Assembly: GCA_040954595.2 (NCBI GenBank)
Contig: CM082583.2
Location: forward strand, 3,915,060 to 3,979,059
Source: Balanoglossus misakiensis
Taxonomy: Eukaryota; Animalia; Hemichordata
Direction: 5' to 3'
DNA: 64,000 nucleotides
Positions within the stretch are counted from its first letter, which is position 1. Each line of letters opens with the position of its first letter. The notes under the pieces are model-generated. The model did no database searches, was not told the DNA's origin, and was given only the letters and a program-made list of their open reading frames with translations. The position numbers were made by a program, and so were the translations under genes. Below are positions 24,701 to 36,640 of this stretch, one piece after another.

Positions 24701-27700
24701 ACTTTTGTACCGCCATTTCTATACATTTCTTCCAAAAACATTTTTTCTACTTTGTCACAGAGATATTAAGGATTGTATTTGGTCTTGTTTGCATCGTATT
24801 TATCATGTAGGTTCTGCAATCCCTGTGGACGCATGTCCAACTACATCAGGTGTAAGTATTAAAACCAAACACGTGACAGCTGAAAGGAGTTCTTATTAAA
24901 ATTGCAACATAGGATCACAGCCCTATACAACGACTTGCTGCATTTTTTGCAGCCCCTCCGGCAACCCGCACGCTCCGCGTATAAAAAAACAAAAATCGTC
25001 AAGGGGAGCCGGAGGGGGTGTAAAACTGCAGCAATACGATGACTTGCTTAGTTCTGGTTACCTTTGGGCATGTGAGCTTCGGAACACGCTCCCCTGACGA
25101 GTGAATGCATGGGAGCATGGTTCAAAGGAATCACAATAAGTTGCCCTTCAAAGTTTAGATCACGACAATATATTTGTCAATCATGTCATTATGTATCCGC
25201 GCGAAAGACGTGCTCCATCACATGGTCATTCGATGACTTAGACTTGCATGTAGTTTGAAATTAATGCATGTTAAAACTCACAAACTCTGACAAATGTGTG
25301 TTGTTTATATGTTCTAAAGTCAAAATGAACTACCTAATGCCTTATTGTGTCATTTCTGGACTCCGATAGGCGCTTGGAAAGTTTTCTCAAGCATCTGCCA
25401 TGACCGAGGGACTAGAAGATGCAAATCCGCCTTTAAGTGCAAGTCAAGCATTGGCTAAAGGCAAGCGATTACAAATTTCTGGGAAATAATAGACGTTGCG
25501 ATGACCAGACGTTGACTTTGACTTTGCAATTAACGTATATATTTGAACACCACGTGTTATATTAGTCATTGGTCGAAGTGATGCCAGATCAATAATTAAT
25601 TTATGAATAGTATAAATGTTCCGTCTACTTGTCTACCTTTTTCCTTACAATCCACGGGAGAAAGCGCTTTTTCAAATATATGGACTATATTTTAGAAGGG
25701 AAATTGTATACTACTCATTCTGCTTTTCATGATAAAGGTTCAATTCCAAATCTTACAGAGATCCTGACACTTCTGGATGAAGGCATCGTGTTAATTCAGT
25801 CGCCGGTCAGTAATGAAACAACAGACGTGTTGACCAAGTTCCTTCTAAACACAACCGATTCCCTCGCGAAGTCTGTTCTACGCGGGATGGAACCCGGCAG
25901 AGGGCCAGTTACCATTGATTCAGAATTCTTTCAATTGCATTTGGAAAGCGATTCTGTGGTGCATCTTACCAACACCTCGATAATACTCCGAGGCGGCAAT
26001 GGTGTGAAATTTCCACCGGCAGAGAAGATGTTCTCCAATTTTACTTCTGGAGCAATTGTTAACAGGATTGTAAGAGTGTTACCCTTGTTGTTCATCATTT
26101 TATTTCTTCCATCTTTGTTATTTTACTTATAATCACTGAACACATGCCAATAAAGTTTATAATATATTATCGCCCATAGGTTAATGTTTTCAACAGAAGT
26201 TTGCTTCTTCAAGACGACAATGGAAGGAACACATTTCCAAGAAAATTTGTGTTGAGCTTGTCGTTCACTGACAGAGGAGGCAGAGAGTTAGAAGGTATTT
26301 ATATCATCACAACGCGGTCATTTAATTGCCTTGTCTTAAAGAGGAACTTTGACCAATTAGTTTTGTGCACGAAAGATTTCGTTTTCTATAATGATTAACA
26401 TATTTTCTATTGACTCTTCCAGTGAAGGATACAAAAGAAGACATTGAAATCACGTTTGCAAGTGAAGCCCGAGAGTCAGAAACCGCCTCATTAATCGAAG
26501 CTGTGTACATTGAAGCCCGTGACGTCACATATTTTGGATTTAATGTCGAGGTAGGTGAATGGAATTAAAACTAGTTAAATCAAGTGTGATGAGCTAATTA
26601 TGTATACTGCTTTGTGCTATCGGCGAGCCAATACCAACAGATTATAACAGAGGAAAGGAAACACGCGGGGAGTGGAGTTAAACACTTGCTCAAATAATGT
26701 ATTTCCGTGTTCATATTTATCAAAAATTAATATTCATTCTATATTCTATGTCGCAGATAACATGGTTGTTCCATCCAATTATCATTAAGTTTGAAAATTG
26801 CGAACCTCTGTACGGAAATACAACAGTGTACGTCTTCAATGAACTTACGGCTTACTCTGACAAATACGTTGGATACCAGTTCACTGTTGATATGGAATTT
26901 GCAGGAGATTATTCCTCGGTGTTCATTCCAGAAAATTATTTCTTTAGAACTGGAGAGTATTATTTCACATTTACTTTTCCCCATAGTAAGTGTTCCTGTT
27001 TAATATTTACCTTACACCTCACTTAAGTGTTGTACACACACGTCGTTTAAAGCACATTTAATGTTGTATCGTCATGCATTATTTTGATTTGTTTACAAGT
27101 TCAAGCTTATCTAATTATATTGGAACCTATAGTATTATTTGTATCAGAACCTATTTATTTTAATTCACGTAGTAAGTCCGAACTACTTGGCCAAAATGGT
27201 TCTATATTTTGGTAATTAAGAGTCGACGTGACCACCATGTCGAAAAGAACACAGCTTCTTTGAGATTCATTAACTTTTTTGTATTCTTTCGATTTTGTAG
27301 AGCAAGATATCCAGTTTACATTCACTGTCATACTAACTACGTGTTATTATCTGAATATCCAGACTGACAGTTGGAAGAGTGATGGTTGTCAGGTATACAC
27401 AATGGTTCCTCGAAAGATAATTTTGATTTAGCAGAATCAAATTTGTTGAAACGTAACCCTAGTTTAACCACGGATACTCCACCATGACCTTGATTTAATG
27501 CATCCTGTAGATACGACAAAAACTCAAAGAGTAAGAGCAGGAGAAAATTGAGAACTTGGTTAATCTTTGTCATATTCGTCACTCAGATTCAAATGGCAGA
27601 TGAGGAATGTTCAGTTATAATACCGACATGTACTATAGAGTTTCTGTGGAATAGGCGCCTGATCCTTAAACCATTGGTGATTATTTTGATGATAATGTAG

Positions 27701-28011
27701 TCAAAATGCACAATACTGAAACACTTGCGAAATGCTTGGTAGCTAATTAAATTAGCTTATTCCAATGATATCGTTGCTCATAAATATTTAAATATTTTTG
27801 CAACAGTTTCCCATTCAAATCAGTCTGAGCTTTAATTGTTTCTCGCATAGCAGAGTGGAAGTAAAAGTTCTGGCTTGGGAGACTGAACCAATCCGTGCTT
27901 CTTTATAATCTGCAGGTTTCACCATCATCAAACTTCACCTCCACTGTGTGCCTGTGTAACCACCTGACGGCATTTGCATCCAGAAAGGCGACAACAATGA
28001 TATTACCCTAG
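21798..28011 (+). CDS. Secreted CUB + GAIN/GPS protein, copy 3 (10 exons, 503 aa)
   Basis: Exons 21798-21864, 22330-22671, 24811-24851, 25370-25460, 25759-26069, 26180-26294, 26423-26550, 26757-26985, 27301-27392, 27916-28011. This copy has the most canonical CUB motif (LSPPNYPYDYDNNLECTW) and ends CNHLTAFASRKATTMILP*. Confidence 0.85.
22925..23140. repeat. Same 35-bp minisatellite, about 6 units, intron 2 of copy 3
   Basis: Direct tandem repeat; unit number differs among paralogues. Confidence 0.9.
23212..24240. mobile_element. ~1.03-kb non-autonomous insertion with a large 5' hairpin and an internal ~205-bp duplication, copy 3 only
   Basis: Absent in copies 1 and 2. AATACTA lies on both sides. 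There is a hairpin ACTTCATGACCTCTGCGCGCGATC...GATCGCGCGCAGAGGACATGAAGT, and an internal TATTGCATATGT pairs with the terminal ACATATGCAATA. Confidence 0.7.
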
Positions 28012-29279
28012 AAAACGATTGCCAACATGCTAATCCAGGATGCATTGCGATTTCCAACATGGCGGCGAACCCACAAAGCCCTCTTCATTGAATGCAAAGT
28101 GACCATATAAACAGAATTGCTTTTTTATCATAGGAATCCGATGAATTGGCCATTAATTGGCCTCCAGAGTTATCAACCATGCTCAATTCCTCTGACGTAC
28201 TTCAACTGCGCAATTGGGATGGGGGGGGGGGGGACGCCTCTTTGTCTATTAAATTGTGACGTTGTTACAATTTTAGAGATAACGCGTTGCTGGCATGAAA
28301 GAAATACAATGTTGCCAGTTTGCCGTTTGTTGCTGGTATTTCGAATTCTGTAATAACTATATTCACACAAATCTTATTATAGACAATGTCCCAACAACTT
28401 CATTCAGAACCAACCATGCCAGAGCTAGAGAAAAACATCATCACTCTTTTCTTTGGAGTCTAACGTGAGTTCTAACATGCTATAAATAATGTCTTAAAGA
28501 TAACTTGAATTCTTTGTTCACTAAACATGCATGCAAATCTTTATGATTCAAGTAAATTTATACAAAAGAAAAAATGAAAATGTTTTTTTTTTTTAATTTA
28601 AATTGAAATACAGTAATTATTATGTGGGTTTCCATGTATCTCGTGCTTGTGAATGTTAGATGTCGATGTCAAATTAAATCAATGTATTTACATATTGAAA
28701 CATTTAACTCAATTACACTAACCTTTAAGTAATCTATTATTGTGTATTCTTGTATTTTTACAGTCACACATTTACATAAAGCTACCCCTTTTGATGTGTG
28801 ACGTATTTTAAAAAAAAATCTTTATAAGATAAAATATTTGCATGCAATCCTTCTGATTAATTGTCTGATTAATAAGTGTCTGAAATGATTTAAGAGGTAT
28901 TGTATTATTAAACGTGAATAACAATGTAAAACTAATTGTATGCACCATTTTTAAAACGTCGCCGTTAATTCCGAGAGGTCGTTACTGGTGTGACGTTGCT
29001 GCACGCCACGGTGGATTTGATCATTGGAAATTATGATTTTATAACTGTATGAGCCATGTTATAATTGCAATGTTTTCATTTTACAAATCGTGGTTAATTT
29101 GTCAAAGCTAGGTCCTGTATATTTGTAGGAACTTTTGTGCATTTCGTCTTATCAAAGAAAAATTGGATGAGAATTGAAAACGAAATAGAAGGCTTTGAGA
29201 TAATTATATCTAAAAATACCTATTGGACATTTATTAATTGCTTAATCAAAAACACATTTTGTAATGCTTAGATGAAATG

Positions 29280-29285
29280 AATAAA
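29280..29285 (+). terminator. Putative polyadenylation signal AATAAA of CUB-GAIN copy 3 (homologous sites at 1082, 9670, 20062)
   Basis: AATAAA sits at the same position in all four 3'-UTR-like blocks, and homology of the last block ends about 15 nt downstream of it. Confidence 0.45.
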
Positions 29286-29604
29286 ATAATACAAAAATCT
29301 TGGTTGACCTGGGATTACGAAGTCCGCTCCAATGAAACACCCGGATGAACCCACCTACTGGCTATGCGCCTCAAAAACTGTGTTGTTGTCATATTTTTAC
29401 GCGCCAGTAACCAGTATTAAAGAGAGACAGATAAATCGATGCTGATATGATAGCCTGTTTATCGATGTTTAATCTTTTGAAGTTGGCGGAAATTTAGAAG
29501 CTATTAAAAACGAAGAATATTCAACAGGCGAGCAGTTTTCAACAACAAGCCAGTTCTTGCGTCAGCTGCTCGAGCCACAGGGACTACTGGTCTGGTTCCC
29601 TGCC

Positions 29605-30421
29605 TAGTCTGGTTCCCTGCCCCAATCCCACCGCTGGCTGCGCTACGCTAAATGGAAAGGGTCAGGCACGGCCTATTGTAAACATGGCTCTCATTGGTCA
29701 ATAAATACGAGCATTGTGATTGGCCAAAAGTTATTCCAAACATTTTGGAGGCAAAAAGTAAAAAACAACAACATGGCGCTATTAACCGCGAAGTTGAAAT
29801 TTGTGCAACAAAGTAAATATGCTTTGGCAAACCTTATCAAGAAGAAGTCTGTACCGTACTATGGATACAAGCCAAAACAACTAGACTGTCTGAAGGTGTC
29901 CTGTCAACAGGCCACGGGAAAACACTGATATTCGAGTCTCTTCCCTACTTTGGAAAGAACGGAGACAGCCCGAGCAGCACGATAATAATAATTTCTCCGC
30001 TAAACGCAATTATAAGAGAACAAAGCCAGAGGTTTGTTGATAGCGTAGAAGTTACGTCTACGTTAAACCCTTCATCGCGAGATTTCCAGGCATGCAACTA
30101 CACGTATGTGCTTTCGCATCCCGAACACATCCTTCAACCTCATATATTCAGAGCGATGTGCAATCAGACGTGGCAAGCCAGAGTGTCTCACATAGTAGTA
30201 GATGAAGCCCACTGTGTTCTTTTATTTCCTGGGGGAATGATTTCCGTCCGTCTTTTCGAAATTCGAAAGACTTGCGCGCTCTGTTTCCACAGGCTAAAGT
30301 GTTGGTTTCTGGGCAGGAAATCGGGCCGTACCTGACCCATTTACCTGACCCCTTTCCCTTTAGCGTAGCGCAGCCAGCGGTGGGATTGGGGCAGGGGACC
30401 AGACCCCTTGGGACCAGACTA
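29605..30421 (+). mobile_element. Degenerate Academ-like (AcademH) DNA transposon derivative with a RecQ helicase fragment
   Basis: ~70-bp TIRs TAGTCTGGTTCCCTGCCCCAATCCCACCGCTGGCTGCGCTACGCTAAA... and ...TAGCGTAGCGCAGCCAGCGGTGGGATTGGGGCAGGGGACCAGAC..CTA, with TAG/CTA termini. It encloses frameshifted RecQ motifs. Academ elements are known to carry RecQ-like helicases. Confidence 0.7.
29773..30300 (+). pseudogene. Frameshifted, intronless RecQ-family DEAH helicase fragment (transposon-borne)
   Basis: Motifs appear in order across frames: LSTGHGKTLIF (Walker A), IIIISPLNAIIREQ (Ia), YVLSHPEHIL (Ib), HIVVDEAHCV (II), SWGNDFRPSF (RecQ aromatic loop). Confidence 0.8.
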
Positions 30422-31580
30422 CCTTCGCTGAACATGACACTGCGTCCCACGCGTGACTAGGCAAGACGCGTCACCAGCCAAACTACCTTCTTGCTACACG
30501 AGATGTGTTACGCATGCGCTGATTTTCTACCTACGCTGTAGCGAATGCTTCGGAGGGAGTGGCTGACATAAGGTAAGGTTTACGAAGATTTGGATGCGTT
30601 GTTTATTTTAGATAATTGCATAAATACAATCATGATATCTTTGTGGTGCGCGTAGCACACAGAAAATTCCGTGTCGCTCCGAGCGAAAGAGCCCCCCAAT
30701 ATGTTTCGACCAAAGTTCTGGTTCAGTAAACTTCTGTGGGTAAATTTCTGTTCAATGCCCAACCAGAGCAGTTTGGCAATTTTCCATGGTAACAGTGTTT
30801 AAATTTGCATAGGTGCAATGTCTCCAAGTGAAAACGTTCCTCTGGTTGATTGATAATGTACAGGCCGTTGCGACTAAGTATTCAACTTTTCTAGAGGGCG
30901 CAGTGAAAAAGATAACGCCTGAAACTGTAAAAATCTGTATACATGTACATGTACTTTGGTGGTAGTGTCACAATGGTGGCGCTTTTTCAGATAACGATTT
31001 GCAATTTCACTTACGCGGGAACAGACAAATTCGTCGAGGGTGGCGCTATTCGCACGAAACACAAGGGCAGACAGTTGCCCTAAATTGAAATAGGGGCCCC
31101 AATCAGTAATTATCATTTGAAGACTAGAGAAGCATAGAAATAACAGTACAAATCACAGCATATCCTCAACATTGAGGATATATCTTTCGAAATTAATATT
31201 GACTTGATTTGATGCGAGTTCGAACTGGTACAATATTGTTAAGATCATGACAATTTGCAAGTGGAGACATGGTTGATTTCTCCATTACAATAGTGAAGTA
31301 AACGCCAAGTCGGTTGGTATTTCATTCCGTGTTTTTATTTGCATGATTAGCAACTTACAGATTAATACAAGCTACATTCATTGGTAAACTGAAACACAAT
31401 AACCTCTCCGATGCAATAGTCTTAAGACTGCCTCGTTATCTGTAGTAGACCACATCAATATTTGCATCAGAACTGTAACAGTTGAAGCAATATTCAGAAA
31501 GAAAGAAAGAACATGCACTTGTTAAGGTGGTACGTGCCTCGGAGACAGAGTTTCAGAAGAAACAAATGACAGTCAATTAA

Positions 31581-31836
31581 GGTAGATGACTACCCAGATG
31601 CAGTGCATGGTTATCACATTCCACAGCCTTACATGTAGAATGTTGAGAAAACAGTGTTACAATATCGTCATTTTCTTGAAATTTTCACAAAAGGGTGCCA
31701 AAAGAGGAGTACTTTTAAACGTCTCTGCGCTTGATTTTGTGAAGGAGATATTCCGATATTTTCACCATGGGAAAACTATAGCATCGGAATTCGTCAGAAA
31801 AAAGACAATATTCTAACTTTTGAGTAGTCATCTACC
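31581..31836. mobile_element. ~256-bp TTAA-flanked MITE, family C (related copies at ~43169-43575 and a fragment at 55684)
   Basis: TTAA|GGTAGATGACTAC...GTAGTCATCTACC|TTAA. Confidence 0.85.
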
Positions 31837-32387
31837 TTAAATCTTTCACTTGTGTGCTATAGTAAAATACGAAGTCTATTTTAAAAAATTAAATTGGGTG
31901 TTCACCATCTCATTTTCACACAAATCACTACTTTATTCATTTTTCTCCTTAGACTTACTGCAGTGATTGGCGGCCATTTTGGATTTCAAATTTTAGACAA
32001 TTTGGCTCGCTCTCTGTTTAGTTTTTCGCGGTGAAACCCAATTTTAAAGGTACCTTGAAAAAGAAACGAGAACAAGTTCAAAGCTTTGGATCTGTTAACA
32101 GTATACACTTACTATTAACGAAATGAAGCAAAGTAATCAAAGAACTTTGTGGGTCGTGGAACTTTTGGATAAGGCAAAATTCTCTTTTAATTAACTACTA
32201 GTATTCTCTTTGAATTAACTTTATTCTTTGTACAATGTCAAAGGCGATGTTGCAAAGTGGCTTTTAATCAAACTGAAGAGGCTCTACTCGAATGTCAGTT
32301 TTCAAATCAAAATTACCGATTATTATAACCCACCTGGACACGGTCCCAATTTTCTAATATGCGGATAACATGAATTTACTGTGGTGT

Positions 32388-33743
32388 TTAGTCGGCATTG
32401 ATTAGGAACCCACTGAAGGTGTTACAGGGAGGACTACTACAATAGGAAAATCCGTAACTGGTACTACCAGGTACCACTAGTTTGACTTGATCACCTCGGT
32501 TCAGGTGTAACATACCACTCTGAGATTGGAAAGTGTTGTCTGGATAGCCATTGCGATAAATTCTAAACAAGGCGACATCATTATGTTTAAGTTGTACATC
32601 AATTGCTTTATCGGCATTAGAAAGGATTGTGAAAGAGAAGTAATAGATGCCAGGAACCTCACAGGTAAACACACCTGTGTCGAGATTGATATTTGCTCCT
32701 TCGTTTAATATGGCATTCGTATACGTGACAGTTTGCTCTAAACTGGTCCCGGATAAACCACTCCGCCTTGTCACAGTGAATGCCGCCTTAGCTTGTTGCG
32801 CTTCGCCAGTTTCACCTTTCTGACCCTTGACCCCTGGTACTTCAGGTCCACCTGTAGTACCATCGGTTTGACCTCTAACCCAAGATTCACCTAAACATTG
32901 TGAAGCGACGGGAGAACACTTTCATCAAACTTTTTGAATCCTGGATTCTGATAAAATGTTGTATTAAAAACAAGCAGTAAATAACTAAAATGCATGTAGT
33001 GCATAATAATTAATAATAAATGAAAAATATATATTCCATTACACAAAAAAGGATATATAAAGATGTCAGCCTATTTCTCACCATGCTTTTGAGACTATAA
33101 TTGTAATCTTATCCAACAGCAGAATTTGGTCGTATTGCAATTAACGGCTGCTTAATACAAAAGTGTTAAAGACAATACCTTTATCTCCTTTGACAGCAAC
33201 ATCGCCCTTCTCGCCTTTCTCACCAGGTTCACCTTTGACCCCTTGAGTACCAACGGGACCAATCACACCAGGCAGACCTACAAAGTGGGAGAGAGGCTTC
33301 AACAATTATACCACCCACTCCCATTGGTACACGGTTTAAGGGAAGTACAACATATATGCCTGAATATGGTCAAAAATGTGTCCAAGCCTTCGAATGACCA
33401 CGGCGCATTTTTACGTGTGGACACCCATTGAAAACCTTTTGACTAAATAAAGGTGTTTCGAAAAAAATGGTAAATTTAGGAACACACCCAATTCTAGTAA
33501 GTAAGCAATTCATGGCTGTTTATTGGCGTCAAGTTTTTCCTGATCCTGGGGATCAGTCTTACCCTGTCTTCCAACTGGACCGGGAATGCCGGGTGTCCCT
33601 GGGGGCCCTGGTGGTCCAACTGGTCCCCTTGCATCCGGCCATGACTCCGGACAAATACTGAGGCACTGGTCTGCACCGGTGTCTTGCGTGGTGGAGGTTC
33701 TCACAAACACGAACAGCAGCAGCACAACAGTGATGTTAGTCAT
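32388..33743 (-). CDS. C1q-like secreted protein A (signal peptide, collagen, gC1q), 3 coding exons, 260 aa
   Basis: Exons 33743-33563 (MTNITVVLLLFVFV..C..C..GPVGPPGPPG), 33277-33179 (Gly-X-Y), 32890-32388 (AFTV...GVFTCEVPGIYYFSF...QSGMLHLNRGDQVKL...NTFSGFLI). Phase-1 GT-AG introns; canonical gC1q motifs. Confidence 0.9.
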
Positions 33744-35060
33744 GCTGAAAAAAAAGCGAAAAGTCAATTTACTCATACAAGGGGCAGTTTTGCTGTGTAA
33801 ATGGCCACTCTTCAGTTTATGCAAAAACCCATCATGACTAATCTCAGCAAACTGCATAAAACATGGACAGGAGTCAAAGAGCATGCAAATGCGCAACCTC
33901 ATTATAGTAAAATAAGCGATGTACCAAATTTGAATCGTTCCAATTGTACTCGGTAAACAAATGTGCAATACTTCACTCATTCGTTTACACAGTATCACAC
34001 TCTCTCTATGTATCACAGTGATAATTTATAAAGATTAATTGACCAGCAATACTTACTCCATAAGTAAAATGCAGTAGATTTAACTTAGCTGCGAAAATTA
34101 AGCGAGTCATCTCCGTTTCATGCACGTATGTGTATAAACGTACAACCTTGAAATGTCATATTTTAAGACGCAACCCCCACCCCCGGAGTTTGCCAATCCA
34201 TTCCGGCAGTCATAATTGAACAATCCCTAATTTGGTAATGGCGTATAAAAATCAATTCCTAACTGCATATTTTGATTGATACGTGGTCCCTATGTTATGA
34301 CGTGAAAGTGAGTATATAGGGAGAGAGTGTCATTCATTTGGCCAGTGTACTATTATCACGAAATGTGTTCTCTCTCACAAACGCAATTATCCAAAGAAAA
34401 ACTTAGCGAAGAATTTATATGCATGGGTGCTACTTTTCGGAGAACATCATCACATACCTTAAGCTCATTTGCAATCTTCAAAATTAATCTTCTACGTGTA
34501 CTGCTTTCTCTTCTCAGAACGTTGAACAGTTTTGTGTTCGGCTTCTTGTGGAACTAAGTTGCCTCTGTCAAAGCTCTCACGGCAATGGATTAGTAAGTGA
34601 AGATATGTTCAATAAATACTGAAATGTTAGTACCGCACATTATTAGAGAAGGGAGGGAATCGATTTCTAAGGATTTGACAACACGATAAGTTTTGTTCAA
34701 ACTTAACGACATACAAATTGAGCAGAAGTATTCAACGTTTACTTGTTTACAACTTTAAAATTTAACTCTCAAAAATAATAGTAACTGGGGCTACTAGTTA
34801 TTTGAATGTATCATTTATGAAAAAATACCCTCCCCATCTGCTTGGTACCTGCCCATTGTTCGCGAAGCGCTAGCGTAAACGTTTTCGTGAAATTTATGCC
34901 GTATATGGAAGTTGTGGTGAGTGCGGGCGTAATCGGCTGCAGAGCTGGCTGCATAGTGTCTTGTTTGCAAGTTTGTCGACCTTTCCCCGCCGATTTCAGA
35001 GTTTTGATGAAGACAGCATGAAGACAAGCGTTTAATAGTCTGTTTCGTTTGAACCGCTGT

Positions 35061-35149
<89 letters not shown>

Positions 35150-35172
35150 ATGTCTGTCTGTATGTCTGTCTG
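35061..35172. repeat. (TCTG)n microsatellite
   Basis: Read directly from the sequence. Confidence 0.95.
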
Positions 35173-35562
35173 TGTCACAGTCTCTGTACCCGCATTCTTC
35201 ATTTACTTTTTAAACAATATTGTTGTGTTTTATCTTATCAGTTCAGCCATTTTTTCGGTTCTCGTCGCCCGGTGCAAGTGTCTGCTCGCTTGGGTGACGA
35301 CAAATAGTTAACGGTTCCCAAGCCTTAGGGGTTTGACATGCCGCCACGTTTCTCTGGAATACCTGTGACAATGCCAAATCGTGGGAGTGCGGATTGCCCA
35401 CCATTTCTCATGCATTAATCTTGAAGATCCAAAATAAAGCTGGATGGCTAAGAATACGAGGGTAATAGCCGGCGCACTCGTGCATGTTATGGACGCCTGA
35501 GAAAGGGCCTGGGAGGTAACCGCAGGTCGCCCCCAGGCACCACACCTAGTTCACCTAAAGCC
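35064..35562 (-). mobile_element. Probable non-LTR retroelement or SINE insertion with a (CAGA)n tail and a 31-bp target-site duplication
   Basis: An exact direct repeat TAATAGTCTGTTTCGTTTGAACCGCTGTTCT at 35033-35063 and 35563-35593 brackets a ~500-bp segment that has the microsatellite at one end. Confidence 0.6.
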
Positions 35563-36640
35563 TAATAGTCTGTTTCGTTTGAACCGCTGTTCTCAGAAAT
35601 AATAAGGCTTGTCGCTGAAATTTTAAACTAACTTTGAAAGGTAACATATACACCGCGAATACTACAGCGGGCGTCAAACGTCAAATCTTGCCCGTAATGA
35701 CTGAGTTTAAAGTAAATTGCTCCTAATAGCTGAAGGCCAGGACAATGACGGCAAAATGAAACGCATTTCCGATATTTAATAAATATATCTCACCGTGTAC
35801 GTGAAGTACTAAACGAAAAGAACGATTTACGATCTAATCTTTACTATAAAAAGAACTGATTCCGACTAGGTTACCCATCAGGGTGGAACATTTGACTTCA
35901 GTCGATTGAAAAAAAAATGTTGCCAGTCAATTGTGAGAATATTATTTGCCTTTACATTATAAAAGTGTGAAAATATTGGCCTTATGCGTTTGAAAAAAAA
36001 ACTGGTTTTCTCAGAACAAATTGGTTCCCCTTGGGCGGTATTATCTGTTTTTTAGAATTTTACAAGGTTTAATAAGCACGAAGTGATCTCTTCATTAATA
36101 AGAAACACATTGGACAATTTCAAGCGGTCCGAAAGTTCAACCAGTTGTTTTCTGATTTCACTGAAGACGCGTTTATTGTAACCAGCTGGTATTCTGACAA
36201 AGAGTGTAAACATACTGAACTTTGGATCTAACATAACTGAAACAATGCAATTTTATACGACTGAAAGTTCACAAAAAATTACCGAAACATTGGCAAATAA
36301 AATCCCAACTGAAGAAATGTAACAGCTTGAAATATTTATGTTGTCGTTTAATTAATTCGTCGTTTTCTTTTATCAGATTACAAAATGTATACTAATTAAT
36401 GTACTCAATTCAGTTTGATAGCAAAAACATTGTCAGTCGTGAAATACTTGGAATAAGGCAAAATTCACTTTTAATTAACTATATTCTTTAAACAAGGTCA
36501 AAGGTGATGTTGCAAAGTGGCGTTTAATCACGACAAACAGAAGAAGCTCTAATGGAGTGTATTTTTTAAAATTAAAATTGCCGATGACATGATCCCAAAT
36601 TTCTACTTTGTATGTGGATGACATGAATTTACTGTGGTTT

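Larger units (their letters stand above)
281..29298. repeat. Tandem segmental duplication: three full units plus a ~1.2-kb partial fourth block
   Basis: The anchor CATGGCGGCGAA recurs at 281, 8874, 19267 and 28058 (periods 8593, 10393, 8791). Long near-identical intronic and intergenic stretches are shared, and length differences are largely explained by copy-specific insertions and deletions. Confidence 0.95.

Noticed and set aside
2411-28011. PKD1-like pseudogene fragments
   Set aside because: All 30 exons keep their length, frame and splice sites, with a signal-peptide exon and a shared stop, while the introns accumulate many indels.
281-29298. Triplication as an assembly artefact (uncollapsed haplotypes)
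   Set aside because: There are three distinct versions with copy-specific insertions and over 20% amino-acid divergence in CUB, which is more than two alleles could explain. Long reads would be the final test.
29773-30300. Functional host RecQ gene
   Set aside because: Multiple frameshifts, only the N-terminal helicase motifs, no introns, and enclosed by TIRs.
35173-35562. HDV-like ribozyme at the 5' end of the minus-strand insertion (GGCTTTA could pair with TAAGGCT)
   Set aside because: I could not build P3/L3, P1.1 or P2 around the candidate P1, so the pairing is probably chance.
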